A program made the translations under genes and the position numbers. Source: Paracoccaceae bacterium (lineage in GTDB: Bacteria > Pseudomonadota > Alphaproteobacteria > Rhodobacterales > Rhodobacteraceae). From it: a stretch of 64,000 nt of DNA. Location of the stretch: NCBI GenBank assembly GCA_040880065.1, contig JBBDJE010000003.1, positions 102,772-166,771 of the forward strand. The letters are read 5' to 3'. Below are positions 1 through 9,856 of the stretch, in pieces. Position 1 is the stretch's first letter. Each line of letters starts with the position of its first letter. The notes under the pieces are model-generated. The model worked only from the letters and a program-made list of their open reading frames with translations. It searched no databases and was not told where the DNA came from.

Positions 1-301
1 GCCAGTCGGCAAATTCGATTGTGGCGTTGATGCTGTCCACCCGCCCGATATGCGCCGATGTCGGGACTTCACGAAACAGCCCCGTGCCTGTCAGATCGGA
101 TGTAATAACCGATGCAATATTGGTGGCAAGATCACCTGCATCGCCGGTTTCCGGCACAAAGCTGGCCAGCGCGATGTTCATCGGTTCGATCACACCGCCG
201 GAAATATCAATTTCGATAACCGGGCGTTCCTGTGCGGCAAGCGGCGCCGCCACAAGCGCCAGCAGCAGGGCGATGATAGTTTGAAAGCGCGAGATCAACA
301 T
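1..301 (-). CDS. tolB: TolB N-terminal fragment (continues beyond left edge)
   Basis: My own reverse-strand translation from the ATG at 301 gives MLISRFQTIIALLLALVAAPLAAQERPVIEIDISGGVIEPMNIALASFVPETGDAGDL... This is a signal peptide followed by a TolB-like N-domain. It lies directly downstream of tolA in ybgC-tolQRA-tolB order. It is absent from the ORF track because it has no in-window stop. Confidence 0.75.
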   Translation of the reverse strand, partial: MLISRFQTIIALLLALVAAPLAAQERPVIEIDISGGVIEPMNIALASFVPETGDAGDLATNIASVITSDLTGTGLFREVPTSAHIGRVDSINATIEFADW

Positions 302-313
302 GGCGTGTTCCTA

Positions 314-1522
314 TCAGTTAAACCCGATGCCGCGCACCGGATCGAAATTGAGTATCAGCGTTGCCCCGTTCGGGAAACGGTCGCCAGGCAGGCGAATTGG
401 GGCCGCATAGCGAATGGCGCGTTCCGCAGAATCAAAGGCAATGCGGAAATAGCCTGTGGGGCTAGACGGTTCCACCGGCTCGACCGCGCCAAGGATTGTG
501 CCGTTTCCATCGAGTGTAACAGCCACGCGCACGATGTATTGCTCATAATTGGGTTGTTCGAGAATAAGCTGCTTGTTCCAGTTTGCCGCAATGCCCTGTG
601 CAATAGAAGCAATTTCCGACCCGCTGAGCGAGGCGTTTTGGCTGGAGCTGGCATTCTCGGCCTCTGCCGCGCGCAACAACGCCTCGATCTCGGAAGCCTC
701 GTTTTCAATTGCGGCTTGGCGTTCGGCCTCCTGGGCGGCCGCGCGCGCCTGTTCGGCCACGCGGCGCGAAACTTCGGCGGCGGCTTCAACCTCTTGTGCT
801 GCGGCGGCCATATTGCGCGGGCGGCGCACGGGCACGGCTGACAATTCAACACGCTCGGCGGCAATCGGCGCATCTTCCACCGCTTCAGGCTGGATTTGCG
901 AAGTGGCCTCTTGCGGCGCTGTGGCCTCCACTTCTGGCTGCGGGGTTTCAGCGCCGGTGGTATCAGGGCTTACCTCGGGCTGAACCTCGGGGGCGATTTC
1001 TGCCTCTGGTGGCGGGGCTTCGGCGGGGCTTGTGTCAATGCGCGGGGCTGCACGGGGCGGCGGCGGGGTGAGGCTGCTCACCATTGTGTTGCGCTCATTC
1101 CCGTCGGAATTGGCCTGTGGCATGGTCGGCGCGGCTTCGCCAACAGGCTGCGCGAAGGCCGGGCTATCAATGCTCACCGGGGTTGAAACGCTGGCCGGGC
1201 GGCGCAAAGGTGTTAAATCGGCGGCGATATCCGGATTTTGCGGCACTTCCACAGCTTCCAGTTCGCTGGTCTGCGGTGCTTGGTCAATCGCGGGGGCTGG
1301 CGGTGTTTCATCAGCCGCTTCAGGGGCTTGCTGCGGGGTGGGCCCGTCCAGCACCTGCGGCGGGGCCGAGGCTTGGGCGTCGAGCATTTCGGCGGAAACC
1401 ATCGTCACTTCGGCCACGACAAGTTGGCGCGGTTCGGGGGGCGCATTGTCCAAAATGCCCACGCTGACCAACACCAAAAAGCTGGCATGCAAGGCGCCCG
1501 ATATGACTTGGCCCGCCTGCAT
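314..1522 (-). CDS. tolA: TolA-like cell envelope integrity protein
   Basis: 402-aa ORF with an N-terminal TM segment, a long Pro/Ala/Glu-rich linker and a C-terminal globular domain (IANWNKQLILEQPNYEQYIVRVAVTLDGNGTI...). It follows tolQ-tolR. Confidence 0.8.
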   Translation of the reverse strand: MQAGQVISGALHASFLVLVSVGILDNAPPEPRQLVVAEVTMVSAEMLDAQASAPPQVLDGPTPQQAPEAADETPPAPAIDQAPQTSELEAVEVPQNPDIAADLTPLRRPASVSTPVSIDSPAFAQPVGEAAPTMPQANSDGNERNTMVSSLTPPPPRAAPRIDTSPAEAPPPEAEIAPEVQPEVSPDTTGAETPQPEVEATAPQEATSQIQPEAVEDAPIAAERVELSAVPVRRPRNMAAAAQEVEAAAEVSRRVAEQARAAAQEAERQAAIENEASEIEALLRAAEAENASSSQNASLSGSEIASIAQGIAANWNKQLILEQPNYEQYIVRVAVTLDGNGTILGAVEPVEPSSPTGYFRIAFDSAERAIRYAAPIRLPGDRFPNGATLILNFDPVRGIGFN

Positions 1523-1526
1523 CGCG

Positions 1527-1997
1527 CTACTGCCCGGTGCCGTCCAGCGTCGGCCCGCCGGATTCCGTTACCAACCCGATATTGTTAAAACCGGCGGCAT
1601 TAAGCGCACCCATGACCTGCATGACCGTATTGTAGGAATTGCTGCCATCGGCGCGCAGGAAAATCTTGTCATCCTGACGTTCGGCTGCAACAGCGCGCAG
1701 GGTCACTATCAGGCGCTCCATCTCGACAGGCTCAGATTGCAGGCTCATCTCGCCATTCGCGCCAATGGCCAGTGTCAGCGGCTGTTCATTCTCGCTGGGC
1801 AGCGAATTGGCGGCAGTGCGCGGAAGCTCCACCGGCACGCCCACGGTCAGCAACGGGGCGGCGACCATGAAGATAATCAGCAAAACCAACATCACATCCA
1901 CAAAGGGGGTGACGTTGATTTCCGACATGGCACGGCGGGTGTTGCGCTGGGTGCGCCCCCGCCTGCGGCTGTCGGTTTTCATCGTGCCTGCGCCCAT
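1527..1997 (-). CDS. tolR: ExbD/TolR biopolymer transport protein
   Basis: 156 aa with the SEINVTPFVDVMLVLLIIFMV TM motif typical of ExbD/TolR. It abuts tolQ (stop and start adjacent at 1997/1998). Confidence 0.9.
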   Translation of the reverse strand: MGAGTMKTDSRRRGRTQRNTRRAMSEINVTPFVDVMLVLLIIFMVAAPLLTVGVPVELPRTAANSLPSENEQPLTLAIGANGEMSLQSEPVEMERLIVTLRAVAAERQDDKIFLRADGSNSYNTVMQVMGALNAAGFNNIGLVTESGGPTLDGTGQ

Positions 1998-2735
1998 TTA
2001 TGCGCTCCGGTCCAACTGGCGTGACAGGATCAGCGAAAACTCGTCGGCAAATGCCTCTTGTTCGCTGGTCAGCTTGTCGGCATCGCCCGAAAGCTTGTTG
2101 TAGAAAATAACCGCCGGAATGGCTGCAAGCAGGCCCAAAGCCGTGGCCAGAAGCGCCTCGGCAATACCGGGGGCGACAACCGCAAGGTTGGTGCTCTGGC
2201 TTTGCGCAATCTGCTCGAATGCGTGTTTGATGCCCCAGACCGTGCCGAACAGCCCGACAAAAGGCGCGATCGAGCCGACCGTCGCCAAAAACGCCAATCC
2301 GGCGTTCAACTCGTCACCCGCGCGGCCAAGGGCGACGTTCATCGCCCTGTCAATCCGTGGCTGCGCACCGGCAAACAGCGCACCATCGCTGCGATGGCTG
2401 CGCCGCCATTCCGACATTCCGGCAAAGAAAATCCGCTCCAGCGCCGAGCGTGGCGAATTGCCAAGCCGTGTGTAAAGCTCGTCCAGCGGTTCGCCCGACC
2501 AGAAGGCATCTTCGAACATCAGCGCATCGCGGCGTGCGCGGCGGTAGTTGATGAATTTCTGGATGATGATCGACCATGACCAGAACGATGCCAGAAGCAG
2601 CACCAGCATCACGATTTTTACCGTGACGGTGGCCCGCAAAAACAGCGCCATCAATGAAAAATCAAGCTGCGATGCAGCATCAAGTACTTCGGTTCCCATA
2701 GGCCTGCTCTTTGTTGATACGCTTTTGCGCGCCAT
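1998..2735 (-). CDS. tolQ: MotA/TolQ/ExbB proton-channel protein
   Basis: 245 aa with three TM segments and the C-terminal motif GIAEALLATALGLLAAIPAVIFYN. The start may be the internal Met13. Confidence 0.9.
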   Translation of the reverse strand: MARKSVSTKSRPMGTEVLDAASQLDFSLMALFLRATVTVKIVMLVLLLASFWSWSIIIQKFINYRRARRDALMFEDAFWSGEPLDELYTRLGNSPRSALERIFFAGMSEWRRSHRSDGALFAGAQPRIDRAMNVALGRAGDELNAGLAFLATVGSIAPFVGLFGTVWGIKHAFEQIAQSQSTNLAVVAPGIAEALLATALGLLAAIPAVIFYNKLSGDADKLTSEQEAFADEFSLILSRQLDRSA

Positions 2736-2824
2736 TATCCCGCTTATGCTGCGGGTGTCGACACATTAGCGCAATTTTAACCGCTTGTGCCGAAAAATCT
2801 TGAAACTGTCCAGATATCGGCCCC

Positions 2825-3226
2825 TCAGGGCCGCGCGGCGCTCAGCATCTGGCGGATATCCGCCGGAATGCGCAGCGCCCTGTCGCCCGGCCCAAGGCAC
2901 ACAAGCCGCACCCCGGCGGTGAACAAAACCGCCTGCCCGCGCAAAACCCGCTGCGCCATTTCAATGGTCGCACCCTTGATGGCGGTGATCTCGGTTGTGA
3001 CGAGCAGTTCATCATCAAACCGCGCGGGCAGCAGATAGTCGGCCAGCACACGGCGCACGGCAAAAACGATCCCGGCTTCGGCCTTCAGGCGCGCCTGATC
3101 AATGCCAAGGCTGCGCATCGCCTCGCTGCGGCCCCGCTCGATGAATTTGAGGTAGTTGGCGTAATACACAATCCCCGCAAGGTCGGTATCCTCGTAATAA
3201 ACCCTTATGGGGTGGGTGTGGGTCAT
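2825..3226 (-). CDS. ybgC: Tol-Pal-associated acyl-CoA thioesterase (YbgC/4HBT family)
   Basis: 133 aa. The N-terminus IRVYYEDTDLAGIVYYANYLKFIERGRSE is a hot-dog thioesterase signature. It sits upstream of tolQRA. Confidence 0.85.
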   Translation of the reverse strand: MTHTHPIRVYYEDTDLAGIVYYANYLKFIERGRSEAMRSLGIDQARLKAEAGIVFAVRRVLADYLLPARFDDELLVTTEITAIKGATIEMAQRVLRGQAVLFTAGVRLVCLGPGDRALRIPADIRQMLSAARP

Positions 3227-4779
3227 GTGGTGTTATCCGTCTTGATAAGGCCAGAGAACCCGGCCACGGCGAGAAGGGAAAGCGCCCAGCCTGCAATGAT
3301 CTGCAACCAAAGTGCAACGCGGATCAGCGCGCCGAAGGTGGTCCGCTCATCCGGTATCCAATAGTGCTGCATCTCAAGATCAACAATCGGCAACAACGTG
3401 TCGAGCGAATAGGCCAGCGCGTTGAAATCCGGGTAGCTTACACCTTCAACCGTGCTCATATAACACTGCGGCGGCAGGGCGTTTTGTGCACAATCCATCC
3501 ACGCATCGCCGCGCAGCACCTGAATTGTATTCGGCTTGAAGGCACCGCCCGTATAGGCGGCCGCGAACAGCACCGTGCTGAACAGCGCAACTGCCGCGAG
3601 CCATGCGAATGCCTTGAGCGGACTAAGCCCATAATCAACGACCAATCCGAGCAATCCGTCCGCAACGCGATAGGAATTGCGCCTGGCCCAGCCCAAACCC
3701 ACCCTCGACGCCTTGCGCTGCAAGCGATCCTTCTCAATCAGCACCTTCAGCGCATCCGCCCCATGCCCCATGGCGCGCAGCACCTTGGCGCATTGCTCAT
3801 AGGGCTGGGGCAGGAACCCGGTTGCGTTTACATCTTTTTGTAAGCCTAACCAACGCAACCGTGCATCGGCGGAGACTGGTGTTTTACCACCGGCAAATGA
3901 TCCATATTCGCATTGGCTAAGGTTCAACATGTCCGGCTTCGGCCAACAGTCCGATTCATCACAAATCGCCCCGAACCGCGCATGATCAAGGCTCAGCACA
4001 CCTTTTATCTTCGCACCCTTGCGCCAAAGGAATGTCCCCTTGGCCTCCATATTCTGAAGTTGCAGCGCCACCGCCCCACCGCGCACCTCAAAGCTTGCGC
4101 CCTCACAGTCCAAATCACCGCCCAGCTTCGCGCCCACTAGGCGCAGCGCGCCCTTTGCCGTCACCCTTTGTAAAAACACGCTGCCCTGCGCGACCAACCC
4201 ATCCGCGCTGAACGCATGGCCCCATGCGCCACCCTCATCCTGCACCGCCTCAAAGCTTGCGCCCTCACAGTCCAGATCACCGCCTAGCTTCGCGCCCAGC
4301 AGCCGCAGCGCGCCCTTTGCTGTCACATTCCGCAAAAACACATTGCCCTGCGCAACCAAGCCATCCGCGCGAATGCCTTGGGCAAAATGCGAACCATCAA
4401 AGCCGAAGTTTTTGCCGTTGCATACGCGGAGCAGAAGCTGATCCGCAAACCGGCAGCGCGTCAGCCACAAATCGCCCGGCGGGGTGGAGCCTTCAAGGTC
4501 CAGCCCGCGGGTTATCGTACCCTCCGGCCCGTCACCCTGAATGACCGCGCCCCAAATCCGCAGCCCCTTGTCGGGCGGCCTAAGCCGTTCACAGCCGCCC
4601 AGCGCCAGATAGCGCACGAAGCTGGCGCGCAGGTGATATTTTTGTTCGGCATTCTCTGGCGGCAGGCCGGGGTTGATAATTACAACCTGCCCATGGCCCA
4701 TTTCCGTCGCCACGCGCTTTTCAGCCGGCAAAAGCTCCCCGAAATCCTCCAGTTTTCGCCCCATCCAGCCTGTCATCAT
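3223..4779 (-). CDS. Pentapeptide-like repeat protein with C-terminal membrane anchor, function unknown
   Basis: The track ORF is 3223..4851. I prefer the ATG at 4779, which forms an ATGA overlap with the ruvB stop. Its TGA also overlaps the ybgC ATG (ATGA at 3223-3226). It contains a near-identical tandem 54-aa repeat ([40 protein letters not shown]) and C-terminal hydrophobic helices ([22 protein letters not shown]; [24 protein letters not shown]). Confidence 0.7.
   Translation of the reverse strand: MMTGWMGRKLEDFGELLPAEKRVATEMGHGQVVIINPGLPPENAEQKYHLRASFVRYLALGGCERLRPPDKGLRIWGAVIQGDGPEGTITRGLDLEGSTPPGDLWLTRCRFADQLLLRVCNGKNFGFDGSHFAQGIRADGLVAQGNVFLRNVTAKGALRLLGAKLGGDLDCEGASFEAVQDEGGAWGHAFSADGLVAQGSVFLQRVTAKGALRLVGAKLGGDLDCEGASFEVRGGAVALQLQNMEAKGTFLWRKGAKIKGVLSLDHARFGAICDESDCWPKPDMLNLSQCEYGSFAGGKTPVSADARLRWLGLQKDVNATGFLPQPYEQCAKVLRAMGHGADALKVLIEKDRLQRKASRVGLGWARRNSYRVADGLLGLVVDYGLSPLKAFAWLAAVALFSTVLFAAAYTGGAFKPNTIQVLRGDAWMDCAQNALPPQCYMSTVEGVSYPDFNALAYSLDTLLPIVDLEMQHYWIPDERTTFGALIRVALWLQIIAGWALSLLAVAGFSGLIKTDNTT
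4086..4374. repeat. Tandem intragenic duplication (period 162 bp, about 125 bp near-identical core, 2 copies)
   Basis: cctcaaagcttgcgccctcacagtcca(a/g)atcaccgcc(c/t)agcttcgcgccca... occurs at 4086 and again at 4248. The copies differ by a few substitutions. Confidence 0.8.
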
Positions 4780-5816
4780 TTCCCCCCGAACAGATCGGTC
4801 GGCGCAGAGGGCGGCGCAGCCCTTGGGGCGGGCAGGCCCAGATGGGTCCATGCTCTTGGGCCCAGCATGCGGCCCCTTGGGGTGCGTTGCAGCAGGCCCT
4901 GTTGCAGCAGGAACGGCTCGATCACTTCTTCGATCGCGTCGCGCGCCTCGGACAGTGCCGCGGCGATGGTTTCTACCCCGACAGGGCCGCCGCCGTAATG
5001 TTCGGCCAGCAGGCGCAGGTAGCGCCGATCAGCCCCGTCAAGCCCAAGGTCATCCACCCCCAGCCGGGTCAGCGCCATATCGGCAATTTCGCGCGTCACC
5101 TTGCCATTGCCCTCAACAATCGCAAAATCGACCACACGGCGCAGCAGGCGGCCCGCAATGCGCGGCGTGCCGCGCGCACGGCGGGCAATTTCAAGCGCAC
5201 CATCGGGGCTGGCATCGGCGTTCAGCAGGCGCGCGCCGCGCTCGACAATCAGCACCAGTTCATCGACCGTGTAAAACTCCAGCCGCGTGGGAATGCCGAA
5301 ACGGTCGCGCAAGGGCGTTGTGAGCAGGCCAAGCCGCGTGGTCGCCCCGACCAGCGTGAAGGGTGGCAAATCAATCCGCACGGTGCGCGCCGCCGGGCCT
5401 TCGCCGATCACCAGATCAAGCGCAAAATCTTCCAGCGCGGGGTAAAGCACCTCCTCGACAGCCGGGTTCAGGCGGTGGATTTCGTCGATGAACAGCACAT
5501 CGCGCTCATCGAGATTGGTGAGGATCGCCGCAAGGTCGCCCGCCTTGGCCAGCACGGGGCCGGATGTCATGCGGAAATTCACCCCAAGCTCGCGCGCGAC
5601 AATCTGCGCCAATGTGGTTTTGCCAAGGCCGGGGGGGCCGTAAAACAACGTATGGTCCATGGCTTGGGCGCGCTGTTTAGCCGACTGGATAAACACCGAC
5701 AGGTTGGCGCGGGCATCCTTTTGGCCAACGAATTCGGCAAGCGAGGTCGGGCGCAAAGCGCGGTCGGCATCGGCGGGGCGGGCTTGGGGGCGCAGGTCGG
5801 GGTCAGGCTCGCTCAT
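4776..5816 (-). CDS. ruvB: Holliday junction branch migration helicase RuvB
   Basis: 346 aa with Walker [18 protein letters not shown] and the RuvB C-terminal winged helix. Confidence 0.97.
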   Translation of the reverse strand: MSEPDPDLRPQARPADADRALRPTSLAEFVGQKDARANLSVFIQSAKQRAQAMDHTLFYGPPGLGKTTLAQIVARELGVNFRMTSGPVLAKAGDLAAILTNLDERDVLFIDEIHRLNPAVEEVLYPALEDFALDLVIGEGPAARTVRIDLPPFTLVGATTRLGLLTTPLRDRFGIPTRLEFYTVDELVLIVERGARLLNADASPDGALEIARRARGTPRIAGRLLRRVVDFAIVEGNGKVTREIADMALTRLGVDDLGLDGADRRYLRLLAEHYGGGPVGVETIAAALSEARDAIEEVIEPFLLQQGLLQRTPRGRMLGPRAWTHLGLPAPRAAPPSAPTDLFGGK

Positions 5817-6475
5817 GGTTTCACCTGCGGGGCCAGCAGGCGCAGAGCGGCGCGGATGAGTGCAGCGCTGCCCGAAACATCGCCACCCGCCGCCTGCGCC
5901 ACAGCCGCCGCCGCCTCGCCCGGCCCATAGCCAAGGTTGACAAGCGCCGAAAGCGCATCGGCCTGATCATTCGCGCCGCTCAAGGGTGCGGGTGCGGGCA
6001 TGTCATCAAGAACGGGTTCATCGGGTGCAGATGCCATGGTTGAGCGCGCACCCGCACCACCCATGGCCATAATCGCGGGCGCCTTGGTTTTCAGCTCCAG
6101 CACCACGCGCTGCGCAATTTTAGGGCCGATGCCCGGTGCGGCCTTGATGGCGGCCTGATCGCCCAGCGCAATGGCGCGGCCTACGCCCTCGGCCCCCAGC
6201 GTGCCCAGAATGGCCAGCGCCGCCTTTGCACCAACCCCCTGCACCGTGGTCAGCAGCCTGTGCCATTCGCGTTCGGCCAATGTTGGAAAGCCAAACAGTT
6301 GCAGCAGGTCTTCGCGCACCAGCAACTCGGTATAAAGCGCCACCATGCCGCCGGGTTTGGGCATCATCGCAAGTGTCCGCTCCGAGCAATAGACAAGATA
6401 GCCCACACCGCCCGTGTCAATCAGCACATGGTCGGTGCCCGAATAGTCCAATCGTCCCGTGATTTTGCCGATCAT
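5813..6475 (-). CDS. ruvA: Holliday junction DNA helicase subunit RuvA
   Basis: The conserved start [11 protein letters not shown] is the internal Met of track ORF 5813..6550. That ATG overlaps the ruvC stop (ATGA). HhH motifs are present ([23 protein letters not shown]). Confidence 0.93.
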   Translation of the reverse strand: MIGKITGRLDYSGTDHVLIDTGGVGYLVYCSERTLAMMPKPGGMVALYTELLVREDLLQLFGFPTLAEREWHRLLTTVQGVGAKAALAILGTLGAEGVGRAIALGDQAAIKAAPGIGPKIAQRVVLELKTKAPAIMAMGGAGARSTMASAPDEPVLDDMPAPAPLSGANDQADALSALVNLGYGPGEAAAAVAQAAGGDVSGSAALIRAALRLLAPQVKP

Positions 6476-6990
6476 GCCGCACCCTTCCCGCCTGCCTTGC
6501 TGAGCGCCGCATCTAGCCGCCCGCCAAAGCGTGCATGATGCGCATGGCAAAGCGCAATGGCCAGTGCATCGGCAGCATCGGCATTCACAATGTCAATATT
6601 GGGCAATTGCAGCCGCACCATATGTTCAACCTGCGCCTTTTGCGCATGGCCCACACCAACTACCACCTTTTTCACTGCATTAGGCGCATATTCGGCCACG
6701 TCCAGCCCTGCCAGCGCCGGCACTAGCAGCGCAATGGCGCGTGCCTGCCCCAGTTTGAGCGTGCCGGCCGCGTCCTTGTTCACAAAGGTCAGTTCAACTG
6801 CGGCATGAGTGGGCGAATGGGCGGCAAAAACCGCCTGCAATTGGTTAAAGAGTTGCAGTAAACGCGGGGCCAGCGGGCCGGCATCTGATTCGCATAAACC
6901 GTTTGCGACATGCGAAATGCGGTTGCCATCAATATCGACGACCCCCCAGCCGGTGCGCCGCAACCCCGGATCAATGCCAATTACCCGCAT
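6472..6990 (-). CDS. ruvC: Crossover junction endodeoxyribonuclease RuvC
   Basis: 172 aa. [18 protein letters not shown] is the RuvC catalytic N-terminus. Confidence 0.95.
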   Translation of the reverse strand: MRVIGIDPGLRRTGWGVVDIDGNRISHVANGLCESDAGPLAPRLLQLFNQLQAVFAAHSPTHAAVELTFVNKDAAGTLKLGQARAIALLVPALAGLDVAEYAPNAVKKVVVGVGHAQKAQVEHMVRLQLPNIDIVNADAADALAIALCHAHHARFGGRLDAALSKAGGKGAA

Positions 6991-7251
6991 ATGCCCCTGC
7001 TTTTTTTAGTTTTATTTGCCTGAACCCGACTAGCACGAAACAAGAACATTAGCCAGAAGTAAACGCCCTCATCCTGAGATCGACACTCGCCAATCCATTC
7101 GCGACATTCCCTGTGCGAGCTATGCAATGCCTGCATTACGGGACTGTGAAAATAGCAATTGTGCAAGTGCAGCATCGCCCCTAAATGAGGCTCATCCGCT
7201 GCACTGTCAGGGATCTCGATTTCCGAGGCTCTCTTTATAAGGATTACTACA

Positions 7252-7476
7252 ATGGCCGTGTTTGAAACCACCAAAGCTGCTCCGATCAGCTCCATCGCAA
7301 CCTTCCGCATTGTCTCGATCATCGACAATGCGCTTTTGTCAGTTCGCAGTTGGTATAGCGCCCGCGCAACCAGCAAGACGCTTGCCAATCTGAGCGACGC
7401 TCAGCTGCGTGACATCGGTCTTGAGCGTGGTCTGATCAATGATGTATCGCGCCGTTTGGCATCTGGCCGCAACTAA
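7252..7476 (+). CDS. DUF1127 domain small protein
   Basis: 74 aa. The C-terminal LANLSDAQLRDIGLERGLI matches the DUF1127 signature. An AAGGA RBS lies upstream and a terminator downstream. Confidence 0.8.
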   Translation: MAVFETTKAAPISSIATFRIVSIIDNALLSVRSWYSARATSKTLANLSDAQLRDIGLERGLINDVSRRLASGRN

Positions 7477-7504
7477 GACCGGATGCAAAACATGCAAAAT
7501 GACT

Positions 7505-7534
7505 AAAAAGCCGCCCCGTGGGCGGCTTTTGTGA
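7505..7534. terminator. Bidirectional rho-independent terminator (DUF1127 gene and prmA)
   Basis: aaaaaGCCGCCCcgtgGGCGGCttttg. A GC stem is flanked by an A-run and a T-run, between convergent genes. Confidence 0.6.
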
Positions 7535-7562
7535 TTCCGGGACCTTGTTTTTGTGAACATCC

Positions 7563-8423
7563 CTAGCGGCGCAGGGTCAGCGTGGTCCATTCACCAATTT
7601 CGCGCCGCTGCTGGCGCACAAACCCAAAACCTTCATAAACTTTCTCCACCCCTGTGGCCTGCCGGTTCAATATCCCCGACAGGATGAGCATCGAGCCTTG
7701 TGCCGTATGCGCCGCCATATCAGGCGCCATTTTGCGCAAGGGCATGGCGAGGATATTCGCGAAAACCAGATCAAATGGCGCGCGTGCACGGATGACGGGC
7801 GCGCGGAACCCCACGGCGGTGACCGTGGCAATCCGCCCTGCCAGCCCGTTGGCGATGATGTTGGCGCGCGCGGTATCGGTAGCAACCTGATCAATATCGC
7901 TCGCCAGAACAGCGGCGGGGTAGGCCCGCGCAGCGGCCATTGCCAAAACGCCGGTGCCACTGCCGATATCGGCCACATTGCGGGCAACAAAACCTTTGCG
8001 CAGCACATCATCGAGCGCCATCAGGCAGCCTTGGGTCGTGCCATGGTGGCCGGTGCCAAAGGCCATTGCGGCTTCAATTTCTAGGCCGATCAACTGCGCG
8101 GGAATATTTTCGCGGTCATGGCTTCCGTAAACCACGAAACGCCCCGCATAAACCGGCGTAAGCTCGCGGCGCACCTGTGCCACCCAGTCGCGATCTTCCA
8201 CACGGCTGATGACAAAGGGCCTAGCACCATGGGCAGCGGCCAGAAGGTCCAGCGCCACATCATCGGGTTTTTCAGTGAAATATACGCCGACTTCCCAAAA
8301 GCCGCGCCCGTCTTCAATTTCAAAAATACCGGCGGCCACCGGGTCGAGCCGTTCCGAGGCGTCGGCAAGTGCCTGCGCCGGGGCTTCGCCCAACAGGGTT
8401 GTCAATGCGGTCCAGGTCGCCAT
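7563..8423 (-). CDS. prmA: Ribosomal protein L11 methyltransferase
   Basis: 286 aa with FGTGHHGTTQGCL and the SAM motif DIGSGTGVLAMAA. Confidence 0.9.
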   Translation of the reverse strand: MATWTALTTLLGEAPAQALADASERLDPVAAGIFEIEDGRGFWEVGVYFTEKPDDVALDLLAAAHGARPFVISRVEDRDWVAQVRRELTPVYAGRFVVYGSHDRENIPAQLIGLEIEAAMAFGTGHHGTTQGCLMALDDVLRKGFVARNVADIGSGTGVLAMAAARAYPAAVLASDIDQVATDTARANIIANGLAGRIATVTAVGFRAPVIRARAPFDLVFANILAMPLRKMAPDMAAHTAQGSMLILSGILNRQATGVEKVYEGFGFVRQQRREIGEWTTLTLRR

Positions 8424-8490
8424 GCGAATTCCTTATATGAGACAGGCGGGATACGATACAGGCGGGCGGTAGTGCGCCAAAGCCGCCACG

Positions 8491-9723
8491 TCAAGCGGTG
8501 CGCGGCGCAAAGACGGTTTCGCGCCCCGGTTCAGGGTAGCGCGGGATGAGCATGGCCAGCCCAAGCGAGCAGGCTGCAAACAGCGCAGCCAAGCCAAACA
8601 CACCACCGGGCGTGGCCAGCCACAAATAGCCAAGTGCTGCAGGCAAAAACACCGCCGCGATATGGTTGATTGTAAAGGCCACCGCGCTGGTGGGGCGAAT
8701 ATCGGCCGGATCGGCAATTTTCTGGAAATAGGTTTTTTGCGCAAAGGCCATGGCAAAAAACAAATGGTCCAGCACATAAAGCGCCACAGCCATCCACATG
8801 CCCCAGTCAAACAGATAAATTCCGCCATAGGCCAGAAACACAAAAACCAGCCCGGTATATTCAAACATCAGCGCACGCCGCTCACCCCAGCGCGCCACAG
8901 CGCGGCCCATAACCGGGGCGAACACCATGTTGACCATGTAATTGATGAGCAGCAGCGCGGCGATTTCATGCACGTGAAAACCGAAGCGTTCCACCATCAT
9001 GAAGCCGGCAAATACCACGAAAATCTGCCGTCGCGCGCCAGCCATAAACTGCAACAGGTAGTAAAGCCAGTAGCGTTTGCGCAGCACAATGCGGGTATTC
9101 TGGCGAGACTTTCCCTCATATTGCGGAAAGGCAAACAGCGCAAAAAGCGCCAGTCCTAAAGTAGCGCCGCCCGCGATGAAATACACGAAGTTGTAGTTCA
9201 GGTCGAACAAGCTCCACCCGATTACAAGCGCGCCATAGGCAAATAACGCGGCTGCGGAGCCAACCGCAATCATCCAGCTAATCATCTGCGGGGCACGGGC
9301 TTTTTCAATCCATTGCAATTGCAGCGACTGGTTGATGGCCTCAAAATAGTGAAACCCGATCGAGCCGATCAGCGTTGTCGCCAGCAAGCCGCCAAAGCTA
9401 GGGAACTGCGCGGTAAGCGCCACAGCAGCCCCCAAAGTGGCAAGCATGACCAGCCCCAAAACCTGCTCGCGCACCAGCACAACCAGCGCAATGACGCCTA
9501 CCGCCAAAAAGCCCGGAATTTCGCGCACGGTTTGCAGCCAGCCGATCTCGACACCGGTGAACTGCGCCCGCTCGATGACGAAATTGTTCAGCAAGGCATG
9601 CCAGACCGAAAAGGCCAGCGGCTGCGCGGCTGCCATTAGAATAAGTAGCGCGATCGGGCGGCGCCAGAAGACCTGACCCGCACCTTCTTCCACCGACATT
9701 CTGGTGCGTCCAGGCCATTGCAT
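8491..9723 (-). CDS. MFS transporter
   Basis: 410 aa with about 12 hydrophobic segments. The start is uncertain (Met9 MSVEEGAG is also possible). Confidence 0.8.
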   Translation of the reverse strand: MQWPGRTRMSVEEGAGQVFWRRPIALLILMAAAQPLAFSVWHALLNNFVIERAQFTGVEIGWLQTVREIPGFLAVGVIALVVLVREQVLGLVMLATLGAAVALTAQFPSFGGLLATTLIGSIGFHYFEAINQSLQLQWIEKARAPQMISWMIAVGSAAALFAYGALVIGWSLFDLNYNFVYFIAGGATLGLALFALFAFPQYEGKSRQNTRIVLRKRYWLYYLLQFMAGARRQIFVVFAGFMMVERFGFHVHEIAALLLINYMVNMVFAPVMGRAVARWGERRALMFEYTGLVFVFLAYGGIYLFDWGMWMAVALYVLDHLFFAMAFAQKTYFQKIADPADIRPTSAVAFTINHIAAVFLPAALGYLWLATPGGVFGLAALFAACSLGLAMLIPRYPEPGRETVFAPRTA

Positions 9724-9856
9724 AGCTTGGCGATACTGCTTTTCAAGCGGCCATGCCAGAGGATTATTTTACGATATAATAATGTGTTAATATTTATTGG
9801 ACAATCTTTTACGTTTAATATATTAATTCACAAATATTCTGTGGAAGGAAGTCAAA

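Noticed and set aside
700-1300. Low-complexity, repeat-like GC-rich DNA
   Set aside because: It encodes the Pro/Ala/Glu-rich linker of TolA, which is expected for this protein.
4842-5930. 362-aa ORF on the forward strand
   Set aside because: It is antisense to ruvB/ruvA, so it is a shadow ORF.
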